This document shows, piece after piece, positions 22,364-35,359 of a DNA stretch of 64,000 nt (position 1 is its first letter; every line of letters starts with the position of its first letter). A program made the position numbers and the translations under genes. The notes beneath the pieces were generated by a model, which had not been told where the DNA came from, did no database searches, and saw nothing but the letters and a program-made list of their open reading frames with translations. This stretch comes from Naegleria gruberi (taxonomy: Eukaryota), in NCBI GenBank assembly GCA_000004985.1, contig GG738876.1; one strand, given 5' to 3'.

Positions 22364-23821
22364 TTATTCATCAGTATGTTCACAGAAGTGGTCTAATACT
22401 TCAGAAATATTCTCTGGAGGATAACCATCCTCAATTGTGATTCCAGTTTTATCCTTGTCCATTTCATAAAGAGAATAAACAGCCCATTTTGGCTGGGTAA
22501 CAATAAAGTCCAACATGTCAGAAGCAAATTCGTGTGGATTTTTGGAAGTTTTAAAACTCTCAACAAAAGTTTCAAAACTGTCTTGAACAATATTTGAATC
22601 GACACTTCCTTCTGTCATTTCGAATGTTAAAGCCACTTCACCGTTGATCATCATTTCCAATTCTACATATGTTCCAGTATAGCTTGGCCCAACAATTGAG
22701 GTTACAGAGAAAGGGACAATCTCTCCATTGTCCTTTCTTTTCAATATGCAATCAATATATTGTCTAGAATAGGAGCTGTACTCATCATAGTACAAATGAT
22801 TGATATTGTGTTTAACAAGTGACACAAATTCAAACAAGTCGAGTTCTTCTTCTTCCTTTTCGGTTGTTTGTTCATCATCATCTATTGCTTCTTCTTTATC
22901 TTCTTTTTTGCATTTCACACTACATAAATTTTCAGTAATTGAAACCAATGCATGAATGGATTGGAAAGAATGTTCATTATTTACATCAACTACTTCACTT
23001 ATAAATTTGTCAATGATAGACTCGTGAACCCTTTCAAATCTAGTTGGAGAGAATGAAAATGAATCATACCAAGAATCTTCCTTATGAATTTCCTTTTCAT
23101 TCATGGAAAGTCTAAACAATGAGTTCAGTAATTCAATGCCATTCATCTCTTTACAAATTTCAGCATTTTGAGTAAATTCATTCAACGTCTCTAGATCTGT
23201 AATGCTACTTCCATTGTAAACCCTTGTGTTATCAATAGAAACATCCACAGAACCAACCTCTTCAAAACCTCTTCCATGAATAGTTTCCAATTCTGTAAGT
23301 ATCAAACGAATCTTCTCACCAGAATTAACCTTCTTCACAGCAACTTCCGTATAGGTAAATCCTCCTCCATAAAATTCGTCATGGTATGAATAAACAACTT
23401 GAATCAATCCATTCTTACAATATCCCAACAAGTGTTGAGGCAATTTTGAATAATCAATGAGATCATAATCATGTAGCCATACATATTGGTGAAGCAATCC
23501 ACACATTCTATAATGTAAAGTAATCAAGGAAATGTTTGGATTTTCATGTGTGAATTTCTTGAGTTGTAACACACAATGCAAAGGAACAAGCTTTTCATTT
23601 CTGACAAATGTCATGACATTGGAACACGTTCCATAGAGTGCCAATTGTGATGATAAATCATTGTTCAGGAATGTGAAAATTGTGTGAAGTGGCAAAGCAT
23701 CTAATGTGGAAAGTGATGGTGATAATGGAGAGAGATGTCTCTTCTTGTTTGCTTGCTCTTCTTCGTTACTACTCGATATCTGCTGTTCAGGAGAGGAAAT
23801 TTCGGAGGCAGATCTCTTCAT
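22364..23821 (-). CDS. Hypothetical 485-aa protein with an F-box-like N-terminal segment
   Basis: ATG at 23821. LSTLDALPLHTIFTFLNNDL resembles an F-box. No other motif recognised. Confidence 0.5.
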   Translation of the reverse strand: MKRSASEISSPEQQISSSNEEEQANKKRHLSPLSPSLSTLDALPLHTIFTFLNNDLSSQLALYGTCSNVMTFVRNEKLVPLHCVLQLKKFTHENPNISLITLHYRMCGLLHQYVWLHDYDLIDYSKLPQHLLGYCKNGLIQVVYSYHDEFYGGGFTYTEVAVKKVNSGEKIRLILTELETIHGRGFEEVGSVDVSIDNTRVYNGSSITDLETLNEFTQNAEICKEMNGIELLNSLFRLSMNEKEIHKEDSWYDSFSFSPTRFERVHESIIDKFISEVVDVNNEHSFQSIHALVSITENLCSVKCKKEDKEEAIDDDEQTTEKEEEELDLFEFVSLVKHNINHLYYDEYSSYSRQYIDCILKRKDNGEIVPFSVTSIVGPSYTGTYVELEMMINGEVALTFEMTEGSVDSNIVQDSFETFVESFKTSKNPHEFASDMLDFIVTQPKWAVYSLYEMDKDKTGITIEDGYPPENISEVLDHFCEHTDE

Positions 23822-24080
23822 CTTGTTACTATTTTTTTTTAACAGATGAGTTCAGTAGTGTGAGATTAGTTGACCGAAATAGTATGAATCATTTGAGGAT
23901 GAACACATATTGAACAGAATCAAAAGTTGGTTCCTAAAATGATTTCACCATATGTTATTGAAACAAAACTTCCACAAGATTTGAAGTTGATTCGAAGAAG
24001 AAAATAAGAAGGAGTTATTATAATTTCAATGACATTTTAATTAAAAAAGTCAAATTAATTGGATTATCTATTTACACAAA

Positions 24081-24554
24081 TTATTGTTTTTTTGCAGAAG
24101 GGAAGAAGAGAGTTCTTGCAACACTCTCCATTGATGACGATTTTTGTGATGTTGTTGTTGTTGTGGTATTATTATTTGATGATTCGGAAATGGTTTCAAT
24201 TTGTTTTGATTTTTGTTGTTGAGGTGAGAGTGGAGTTGGTCTTGTTCTGAATTGAATCTTATCTTTAGCAATTCCAACAATCATGTATTCGGTTTGATTT
24301 GTTTGTGGATTGATGACCTTCTTGCAAATTAAAAGTGGTTTCTTCATTGATAGTTTTTTACCTTCACACTTTTGTCTTTCAATGACCAGTGTACATCTAT
24401 CACTATTTGGTTGAGATGAATTCCATGTTAATGATCCAAGAGTAATAGAATCAAGAGGTTTATCCTTCTCGGGACGTGTTTCTAGAGACCCTTGAATATC
24501 CATCAGATTAAAACATTTCAAGTCATTTGATTTTCTTAACGGTATTTTATACAT
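24081..24554 (-). CDS. Hypothetical about 157-aa protein
   Basis: True ATG at 24554 (the track M at 24566 is a TTG). Basic and S/T-rich. No confident family. Confidence 0.45.
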   Translation of the reverse strand: MYKIPLRKSNDLKCFNLMDIQGSLETRPEKDKPLDSITLGSLTWNSSQPNSDRCTLVIERQKCEGKKLSMKKPLLICKKVINPQTNQTEYMIVGIAKDKIQFRTRPTPLSPQQQKSKQIETISESSNNNTTTTTTSQKSSSMESVARTLFFPSAKKQ

Positions 24555-24769
24555 TTTTTGGCGCAATGTTTTTAATTCACATTGAGTTGAACAAAACCTA
24601 ACGAAAGAAGGAATGTGGATTAATAAATTGTAAATCGAATATTAATAATTTTAATTCATACAAGAGATTATACAATACTATTTACAATCGATGAAAGATG
24701 TCATCAAATAATTTACTATTATCGATATTTATCAAAAAATTAAATTAACTAAATTCAAAATTATTTAAT

Positions 24770-25470
<701 letters not shown>

Positions 25471-26298
25471 TCAGTAAAATGTTAATGTACAATTTTTTCG
25501 TTGGTCAAACCGATAGCAGCTTGTTGCGATTTTTTAAATTGCGAAAAAAAAATTGTAATGAAAATGAGTTGGCACCCTGCAGTCATTGGCTTGTCCTACG
25601 CAACGGCGCCAAAATAAATAAAGTTGCTTTGCCTTTTAAACTGTCATAAAAGCCAACAGGTTCCGAGATATTAAAAATAAATTTAATGACGAGTCAACTT
25701 GATTCTATTGGACGATACACGCACGAATGAGTTGGCAGAGAACTCCATGTTCTTTCATTATCTGTTTACCATGTGCTCAATAATATTGAGTTGTTATCTA
25801 CTTGTTATCCATACTGGATTACGGTGGTGTAATCTAGATAAATAGCAGAGTGATGAGAACTATGATCAGCCATGTGGTATTTACCGTTACAAACAACTTC
25901 ATTCATAATAGGGAATGTGATCGTTGGAGATTTCCAATTAGAACCTTAATACTATTATGATATTTGAATATTTATGAAATTTATTTATAACCTAATTGAT
26001 GTATTGGTATTTTACAAAATTCTTTAATTTTAATACATGAGATGTTTCAATAGCTCTTTTATTTCTAAAATAATTATAATAATCATTCAATACCATTGAC
26101 CTTAATATTATTTAAATTAATTTATATATTGTAATTGCAATTACAATCATTCTTTAAAACAACCTATTAATAATAGTAGAAAGGAGAGATACTAGGCAAA
26201 ATCCTTTTTAAAAATTTACCCTCCAAAATACTAACTGAAACAAATGAACGTTACATGAGAGTAAATTTTAAATTTACAGAAAATCAATCATATAAAAA

Positions 26299-27612
26299 AT
26301 GGATGATGGTTCAAGCATAGACCAGTACAGGGCAAGCGTTACACCTAGCCCTAATCAAGTGACGACTGTGATGATGTCTCATCGACCTTCCTCATCAGTA
26401 GATAAGGCGGGAGTTAGTAATGATCCACAATCAAATTATAAAAAAGCTCTTCATCTGGATCCTTTTCTTCCCTCAGGAGCCTTCTTTGAGGAAAGGTATT
26501 TAGGATTGCCACCAGCAAGAGATGATGATAATATAGTTACGAGAGCAAGAACCGATCCTAAAATTCATTATGATGACTCGAATGTATTGGTTAAACATAA
26601 GAAATATATTAAACAACTCCAACAACAACAGGAGGCTAAAAGACATGAAAAGATTGAAAGTGAGCTTAATTCAGAGAGAAAGAAAACTTCATTCTCTGAA
26701 ACACAAGCAAAAATTAGACAGGCATTGATGAGCGAACTTGATATGCCAAAAGAAAAGGTTGAAGAATTAATGGAAGGAAAAACAAAACAACTGGATCAAA
26801 TACTTGTAGAACAAAAGAAGAAGGAAAAGGTTTGTTTCTTTTCAAATAATTTAGAATTAAATTTTGTTTCAGAAAAAGAAAGTGGAAAAACCTGAATGGG
26901 CAATGACAACAGATGAACTTGAGAAGAAGGAGGAAAAGGAGATTCAAGATGTATTGGACTTTGTAAATGATCTTGATTTTGAAGAATGTATGTTTCAATG
27001 ATTGTAAATATTATTTACATTTTTAATCAAGTTATTAACGATTTTGAGATTAAGGAAGCTCTATCTGTCATTCAGGATAGAGTTACAGAGATGAAGAAGG
27101 ATAAGGATGTCAATGTACAAACTTCAAGTAGTAGCCAACAAGACACTATTACCAAGCAACCAAGTCCTCCCCAAAGCATTAAGGGTGATGATGATGCTGT
27201 ATCTGTTGTATCTGTTACTTCTAGTGTAAGGTCTGAGTCAAGAAAGAAAAAGCTTCTTGAATTATCTTCATCGATTGATCATGATAAAGATTGGAATTCC
27301 TCAACTAAGCTTGATGAAACTAACCGAACTAAAACATTAACAATCACCACAGATTCAGACGTAATGAATAACATGTCCAAAATCCACTCTAAGACTTCAA
27401 TAGGTCAAGTAATTTTGAAGGTAACCCCAACATACAGCTTGCCCATCGTAACTCATTCAGATAAGCATCAATCAATCCCAACCGTTCATCATGTAGGTGA
27501 AATTGTTTCAAGTGATGATAGAGGTAATACTGAAAGAGTTATTGTAAAATTGAGAAAAGACAAAAATAATGTACAAAATCTTCCATATATGTATAGATGT
27601 CCTTCAATATAA
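26299..27612 (+). CDS. Hypothetical charged/coiled protein. Exons 26299-26829, 26873-26987 and 27032-27612
   Basis: Two tiny introns of 43 and 44 nt (GTTTGT...CAG and GTATGT...CAAG) restore frame between three ORF segments. No family recognised. Confidence 0.6.
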
Positions 27613-27621
27613 ATATTTAAT

Positions 27622-30600
27622 TTATTTGTTTAATGAATCGACTTCGACCCATTCATTTTTGTCTTCTTCAATTACTTGATTATTAAGTCTATAATTGTCT
27701 TCCTTTGTTAATTCAATTAAATCCAATTGAACAAGTCTGTTAATTTCATAGTCATCACATACATTTGCATTGTTGCTGGTAGCCATAAATAATTGTTCTT
27801 GTCTTCTTTTTGAAGAAAGTTCTGAAGCAAAGCTTTTAGCAGATTTCAAATCAGATTTCAAGATTTCATAATTAATTGGTTTTCTAATAGCGTTAGAAGT
27901 ATTATTCGAATCATCAGTCATTTGTTCTATGTTATTATTATTGTCTAAAAATTGATCCAAGTATGGTGAAAAGAATACTTGAACATCTATTATTTTGAGT
28001 CTTGTGGTATAGTCGCTCAAAAAGATCCATTTGTAAATTTGGAACTCTTCTGGTAGTTTAACAGTAGCAACATCCAAGAATTTCATAGCATCCATAATAA
28101 CAGTTGAATCTTCATCATCAACAATCTTGTCGCTAAATACTCTCATAATTTCAGTAATAATCATTGGCCACCATTTTCTTAAATTATCTGTCGAAATTCT
28201 AGTAATTAAAACACGATAGAATAACAAAACGCTTGTAATAAGAGCATTATTACTTTGAGGAGAACCAGAAACCTTCAATGATTCAACAATTTTTTCTACA
28301 ATGGCTGGTACAAAATTATTGTAATCATTAATATTACCAACATATAACATGAAAGCAATTCTCTTCAATAATCTAGCTCTAGAAAATACTTCTGTACTAC
28401 TTGATGTTAAAATACTTGAAGTTGATGCAAATCGAGTCAATAAATCTTGAACAAGTGATGTATCAGTAATTTCCATATTTTTGAAAATTTTAAACCAATA
28501 CTTGAATGTACTAGCTCCACAATAGAAGAAACAATTATCTGCAATTGTATCAAATATTTCTTTTTTGAGAGGTCTCATATTTAAAATTGCTGTACTGAAA
28601 GTAGAAATTAATTTAACAGCTTGTTTAACTCTTCTTAAATTTGTTGTTTCTCTATTCTTAATAATTAAAAATAGTGGATAAATAATGGCAATAATTAATG
28701 GCTGTCCTAAATCTTTTTCTCCATACAAATAAGTTATTATATCATTTAAAGTGGATGATAAAAGTCTTAAAAAGTTAAAAGATGGATCACTGTGATCGTG
28801 TAAGGATTTTCTAAAGATGGAATCTTTTACATTATCTAAATTCTGTAAATTATTAGTTGACGAGATTTTCTTGATTTCCTTGATGATTTCATTACGTTTT
28901 TCATTGATATCCTTATTTGTTAGAGTAAAGCAACATTCTATCAACTTTTGAGTATTATCTTTCAATGTAGATTTCAATTTTTTATCATTTTGTAGATATG
29001 ATCCCCAACTAGATAAAAATTGATGTACAACTCTTAATAATAATGATAATGTTAATAGATCAGAGTTCTTATCAGATGTTAGTGAAGAGATCAGAGTTAC
29101 AAGCTTGTTTGCTATTTGAGAATAAATTTCACTCTTAATACACTTTTTCAAGTAAAAGAAGAGAAGGTGAAGAGAGTAATTGTCCTTCATCTTTTTCATA
29201 GCAATCTCTTCTTGAGGGTTGTCATGGGATAATATCAAATCAATAAGACTTGTAACTACAATATCAGGTGTTGTGTTATCGCAATTATTTAAAATATCAA
29301 TAAGATGACTATCCAAAGAATGTTCATCAGAATAAATTGAAATGTTTGAATCGGTATGAGTCTTTGACCACAACACAAGTATAGAAGCAATTAATTGTAA
29401 TGGGAATCTAACAATTAATGGATCAATAAATTGAAGAATACTTTTTTCAATAGATAATTTAGAATGAAGAGAGCCTGATTGAGAAATAGAATGAATTTTT
29501 GTAGTTTGCTTATTGGTTGTTTCTTTTGGTATACCACTAGAAATTCTTAAAGCTTGCCATGTTATGGCCATGGACTCTATAATGTTTGGAAGTTCAGAAA
29601 GCATGTATTTTCTTGCTTCATAGTCAGGAGAAATAAAACCAGAGTTATGATCATCTTGTGTAAAGACATCCTTCATAAAATCTGTGAATGCCTTGAATGG
29701 CATTACAATACCTGATGGTGTCTCCTCATTTGGTTTTGGTTCTTCAATTTCTCTTAAAACACAATAACTTGAAACTTCCCTCAACCCTCCAATAAGAGTT
29801 CGAATAGCTTGTCCTCTAAAGCTATCTATACCCAAGGATGAATATTCACGAATAATGTCACAAATGAGTGGAACCAACATGTTTACAAATTTTGGTAATT
29901 GATTATGGAAATGAGGAAGGAATGAAGAAATACTATCTATCCAATAACTTAATAATGAATAAGAATGGAAAGAATCAGAAAGTTCAACTCTACTTGAATG
30001 TCTAACTCCTTCAATAAGTGTTATGAGAAAGTTTGGCGAGTTGAGTAAACTACTTATTGGTAGAGACTCCTTTGAGGTATCATTGTTTGATTTTGTAGGA
30101 CTAGCCGTGATTGGAAACAGATTTTGGAGAGGTTTCATTGGAGTATTGGAGTCTAATTGTTCAATAATTGTCTTGAGTATTTCAAGTAATTCAACTTGGA
30201 ATACAGTATCATTATCATCAATAGCAATCTTTAAATGATATAAAATACATTCACACAAAGATTTGCTCAATTCTGTTGCTTTTGAGGATTGTCTTCCATA
30301 GATTAGAATATCTTTCAATAGAGAAGCTGCACTTGTTCTAATACATTCCTCAAGTGAAATATCACTTGAAGAGGTTGTCGTTCCATTATTCTTATTAATA
30401 TAAATTCCACATTCCATCATCTTGATACAAATAACTGAAATGATAGAAAAGTAATCCCTATCTTGTAGATTCACTAATTTGGATGGTAAATTTTCTTCAT
30501 TTAAATAATATGGTCTATTTACAATAAATTTGTCATAAATGTTTAAAACTTCCTCACTGGCAATCATTCTTCCAGTTTTTTCAACAAATAATTGAGGAGA

Positions 30601-33369
30601 AACATTTAAAATATTTCTCAATAATGATAATACATATTTACATCTACTTTCATCGAATAGAGTCTTTCTCTCTTGTAAAGTGTCATTTGTTTCTTGGAAA
30701 CGATCCAAAGGACTAGATTCTGACCAACAATCTGAAGTAGTTGAATCTGACGACTTTACTCTATTATGTCTAGAGAAAAGACTTCTCATGGATTGTTTAT
30801 CCAACAATGTTAAAAGAAGTGGATCCAAAATTCTGTTAATATTTGAAAATGATGACAGTAACCATGAGCGGCCAACTAACCTCATAGAGGCTTGATCACT
30901 TGAAATTAAATCAAGCATTAAATAAAATCCATCTTCAAATATTCTTTGTCTAATATTTAAATCGTCTGTCAATCTCCAACAAAGAGCAAATCTTCTATTT
31001 CCCTCGAGTTTTGATTCAATAGTATTACTGAGTAAAGAATCTGAAACAACAGCATTACATATTGTTCTATTTAAATTATAAATATCCACTAGTAATTTTG
31101 TAACTTCATGATGAACTTGTGAATAGGAAGGTGTTAACATATCCCACAATCTGGAAGTTATTAGTTTTAAATAGTTGACATCCTTAATGATTGCACGTTG
31201 TTGATGAGAGTCTACCCCTGAATCATTAGATAATAATTTTAAGAATGACTCAATAGCAGCCAGTGAAATGTTGTAGTCCTCTAAAAAACAACAAGAATAA
31301 ATAGATTTTATACCTAGAGGTATTTCTACTGATTTTGGCGGTATATTTTCTACTAACTTAATAAATGACCTTCTCTTTTTGAATGACGTGTAAAGTAAAT
31401 CGCATGCAATTACATAAATTGTACATAAAATAGATGTATCTTCTAAATTAAATTTGTTTGAAATTATATAAGTATTCACAATATTGGTAAATAATTGTTC
31501 ACATTCAACATGAATTTGATTAATATAATTCAACATTAAACTTTCACTTGGAAGATTTTCTTCCATCTTTTCAATTAAAAATAAGAGAATGGAAATATTT
31601 CTCTCAATAGAAGTATAATCCTTATAAAAAACTTTGTCAACTTTCAAATTGAACAAGTTTAAAAATACTGAACAAATTTTAAACAAGTATTCACTTGGAA
31701 TTTGGTCCTTTTTCAAAGTGAAAATAACTTCCAAAGTGCCCTTTACAAGAGTATAATTTTCCAATTCCTGAGCTTCATTCTCGTTTGCCTCTTCAAATAG
31801 TTGATTGATTCTTTCCCATAACAAGGGAAATGAACAAGTAGATGAAATAAAATTAATAGTTTCTTTTCTAAATGATTCCTTTTCACTATTTAAAACATGA
31901 ATTAATTCCAATAATATTAAAGAAATTAACTTTTCCTTCATGGAGATATTTTCTCCAATCTTTTCTAATATCAAATAAATAACATCAAATATCTTCTTAT
32001 TGGAAGGTTGAGATGAAGATTTTTGTAAAATTAAATTAAAAGAACGAGATACAATTTGAATAGAATGCTTAGAAAAGAAATCCAAATCAATATCACTTGA
32101 TCCAAAAATCCAAGAAAATATTCTTCTATTGATAGAGACATCTCCCTTTTCAATTAATAATAATGCAATACTACAAATACTTGTCAATTGTTCCATTGTA
32201 AAAATAGTTGACGATTCCTCTACAACTTTATCCAACGTAATAAATGATGAAAGAATTTCTAAAGATGCCCGTTGTGCCATGACATTATTATCATTTAAAC
32301 TTGTTATAATTGCTTGTGATACAATTTCAATAGATTCTCCAAATATTGGTGAATGAGCATTAAGAGTTTGTTCATTTTCTATTTTTGCCAATTATCGAAC
32401 TGTTGAGAATATAAAAAATCTACTCACTTTTTAAACAATAAATTATATAATTAAGTCCTGAAACTCTAAAAAATGGTGTCGAAAGTATGCCTTTCCAAAG
32501 AGATTTGAAAAATAGTTCCTGATCACTAATATTTCTCAATGTGTTCATGATTTTCAGTGTCTATAATGTTAAGCACTTATAGTATTCGAAATGAAAACCT
32601 ACTCGTTTGTAAATATCACTTCCTTCCTCTTCCAATGCCGATAATAGTACAAGAATTAAACCAGACAAGCATGGTAAAAGAGATTTTCCTAAAGGCAAAT
32701 AATAAGTCTCGATTAAATCTAAAATTACAGGCTTTGTGTTTTGTCAATTATTTAAAAAATTAAATTAAATTCCATACCTTGATTTGAGAAGAAGCACTTG
32801 GAAAGAGTGTAAAAATTCCAGAACTATACAAGTGAATATCTCTTGCCAAACGTTTTCCCTGAATAGAATATAAATTTCCATATGATACTTGCTCCAAAAT
32901 TCAATACACTTACAGTAATTAATTTTAAAATTTCCTCATATGTTTCCAATGTTTTCAAATGAACTCCTCCAGGTAGAGCAGGATTTAAACATTGAGCCAA
33001 TCTTTTACAAACTGTAATTTTTTCAGGAAGAATGTGAAGTTGAGCGTTCTTGGTCAAGACTTTTTTCATCTTTTGAAGACACTTGATCAAATCAGCCCAT
33101 TCCCTAGTATTATCAAATGATTTTAATACGGAAATGATATCCTCTCGATAGGATTTAAATTTACTATTTTTCATAATTTGTTCGTCTTGAATATCGGGAT
33201 GTTCCTCCTCCGAATTGATGAGTGGTGAGAGTGTAATTTGTTGTGTGCTTTCAATTCTAGGCATGTTTGGAGATGATGTTGTTGATGATGATAATGTCGA
33301 TTTTGATTCAGTAGAATTGTCGGCTACCAAATCCCCAAAGCCAAGATTTTGAGAGAGGCTTTTAAACAT
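27622..33369 (-). CDS. DOP1: Dopey/DOP1-family protein. Exons 33369-32914, 32858-32778, 32731-32603, 32518-32428 and 32378-27622
   Basis: N-terminal exon REWADLIKCLQKMKKVLTKNAQLHILPEKITVCKRLAQCLNPALPGGVHLKTLETYE matches the Dopey N domain. Small exons encode GKRLARDIHLYSSGIF, PVILDLIETYYLPLGK..LEEEGSDIYKR and ELFFKSLWKGILS. The large exon contains LNRRIFSWIFG. Introns are 55, 46, 84 and 49 nt, all phase-consistent. Confidence 0.85.
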
Positions 33370-33721
33370 TTTTTAAATAGTTAATTAGTTGAATGGACAT
33401 GTTGGTCACAATGTGTTACGGCCCTGCTTGATTCAATGTATAGCAGTTTTTACTCTACGTGTATTCCTTCGACGTGTCAATTGAGTAAATAACATGTACT
33501 GAGTAATTTGAATGCCTCTGACGGTTTGTTGCTTGAAATTTTGCTGCAGTGTTTCCAAATGATGACAAAAATATTCATTGTAAAAATACTGGTCACCCAA
33601 ATTTTTTAAAATTGTTTCCGAAAAAAAATAACACAAGTGAGTATTGCTACTATCATGCTTTTTTTTTAACCTCTTTGTTTTTCAACAACAATAACTTATT
33701 GTTCCCTTCAATATAAGAAGA
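33370..33721. promoter_or_regulatory. Shared 5' intergenic region (bidirectional promoter, inferred) between divergent DOP1 and RPS18
   Basis: 352-bp interval flanked by two divergent start codons. No motif-level evidence. Confidence 0.3.
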
Positions 33722-34192
33722 ATGAGCTTGGTTGTCGTTCAAGAAGAAAACTTCAAGGAATTGTTGCGTTTGTTCAACACTAACATTGAAGGTAGAAGAT
33801 CCGCACTCTATGCCTTGACCTCTGTTAAGGGTATTGGTAGACGTTTCGCTGGTATTGTCTTGAAGAAGGCTGAAATCGAACTTACCAAGAGATCTGGTGA
33901 ATTGAGCGAAGAACAAATCAACAAGATTCAAGATATCATTCTTGCTCCAGAAAAGTACAAGATTCCATCTTGGTTCTTGAACAGAAGAAGAGACTGGAAG
34001 AGTGGTGCCACTGAACACTTGGTTGCCAACGCTGTCGATATGTACTTGAGAGAAGATTTGGAAAGACTTAAGAAGATCAAGTCTGAAAGAGGTTTGAGAC
34101 ACATGTGGGGTCTTAGAGTCAGAGGTCAACACACCAAGACTACTGGTAGAAGAGGTAAGACTGTTGGTGTCAGCCATAAGAAACGTGGATAG
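33722..34192 (+). CDS. RPS18: 40S ribosomal protein S18 (uS13), single exon
   Basis: [48 protein letters not shown] and near full-length identity pattern to eukaryotic uS13. Codon usage is GC3-richer than neighbours, consistent with high expression. The overlapping minus-strand ORF 33653-34210 is antisense noise. Confidence 0.9.
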   Translation: MSLVVVQEENFKELLRLFNTNIEGRRSALYALTSVKGIGRRFAGIVLKKAEIELTKRSGELSEEQINKIQDIILAPEKYKIPSWFLNRRRDWKSGATEHLVANAVDMYLREDLERLKKIKSERGLRHMWGLRVRGQHTKTTGRRGKTVGVSHKKRG

Positions 34193-34303
34193 GTCCCCTA
34201 ATTTAAACACAAATAAAAAAACATTATTTCATAAATTTTAACATTTTTTTAAAATTATTTATGAAATTTATGTTGTTTTAATTCCAAAAATGTCAATAAA
34301 CTA
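34178..34303 (+). repeat. Cassette copy A: last 12 nt of RPS18 CDS, stop codon and the 3'UTR containing aatgtcaataaacta
   Basis: aagaaacgtggataggtcccctaatttaaacacaaataaaaaaaca...aatgtcaataaacta. This is the prototype for copies B-D. Confidence 0.8.
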
Positions 34304-34343
34304 TTGGTATTTGGTTTCTTAAAATTGGCACTGTACGAGCTGT

Positions 34344-34410
34344 AAGAAACGTGGAAAGGTCCCCTAATTTAAACACAAATAAAAAAACACAAATAAAAAA
34401 ACATTTTTAA
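34344..34410 (+). repeat. Cassette copy B (truncated): aagaaacgtggaaaggtcccctaatttaaacacaaataaaaaaacacaaataaaaaaaca
   Basis: Includes 12 nt matching the RPS18 C-terminal codons, with TAG mutated to AAG. Lacks the aataaacta end. Confidence 0.8.
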
Positions 34411-34420
34411 ATTTACTAGT

Positions 34421-34601
34421 TCTACGGTACTCAATTTGCCAATGTAATAATTTACTGAAAAGTGGATAGGTCCCCTAATTAAAACACTAAAAAGCAATTT
34501 CATAAATTTGAACATTTTTAAATTCCATTAATGTCAATAAACTATAGTGGTGTAAGGCATTAGTTTCTGAACCAATCCATTGGCGAATTGAGTACCGTAG
34601 A
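34421..34601. repeat. 24-bp inverted repeat (tctacggtactcaatttgccaatg at 34421-34444 and cattggcgaattgagtaccgtaga at 34578-34601, 23 of 24 complementary) flanking cassette copy C
   Basis: The reverse complement of the right arm equals the left arm except for one position. The 133-bp spacer contains copy C. The geometry is MITE-like or hairpin-like. Confidence 0.7.
34459..34546 (+). repeat. Cassette copy C: aaaagtggataggtcccctaattaaaacactaaaaagcaatttcataaatttgaaca...ttaatgtcaataaactatag
   Basis: Direct reading. Retains gtggatag and gtcccctaatt and the aataaacta end. Confidence 0.8.
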
Positions 34602-34764
34602 AAGAGTTTCAAACGAGTCATTTCTAGGTTTTCACAACATGATGGCTTTTCAAAATGGACCATCCATCTTTAATTTCCAACTGTTAATCCAAAGCGATCT
34701 GATTTACTGTTTTGGTTGGCCAACAATAAAAGCCTTCTACATGATTCAAAGAGCATTGAGAATG

Positions 34765-34788
34765 AATTGGAATTTTATAACGTTGCAA
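34765..34788 (+). repeat. 24-bp direct repeat aattggaattttataacgttgcaa (copy 1)
   Basis: Identical to 37632-37655. Together they bracket the orphan ORF and cassette copy D. Confidence 0.8.
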
Positions 34789-35359
34789 CGAGAATAGTTG
34801 GTTACTCAATACACCCCCACGGTCAAAATAGCCCTAGTGTTTGAACAGTATTACCGTAGTTCCTCTGGTTTATGAGACCGTCTCAACAACCTCTTACAAA
34901 ATGTCATAGAGACAGAATATCGGAACTACAACTTTTCGCTATTTTGAAATTTAATGGGTAATGGGGTGTATTGGAAAACAAACAAATATTGGATACTACC
35001 AAATTTAAACAATGGACAAACGAACAAGTTTGCTCCTTGTTTTGCATATCAGCTTCTTTTGTACTGTCGACAGCTTTGAAAACTTGCCCTTGTTGTCGGG
35101 TGCAAATGATCTTCTTTTACAATATTTTACATTGTTGTTTACCTTGTCGTGCACGACAACCTAAAATAAATTTTAAAAAAAAATGCTCAAAAACTATGAA
35201 TTATCAGTCTAATCAACAACTATGAATTATCATTCTACTCTTCAACTTTCGGACCATTTCAGAATAATGTATTTTTAAAGACTTTTTCAGCATTTCGGAA
35301 AGACTATAAATACTGAAGGGAGGGTTTCGAATTGTCTTTAAAAATTATTCAAATATTCA

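Noticed and set aside
34971-35225. 84-aa ORF upstream of the orphan gene
   Set aside because: No splice-compatible connection to neighbours and no motif. It sits in a repeat-rich region and is most likely a chance ORF.
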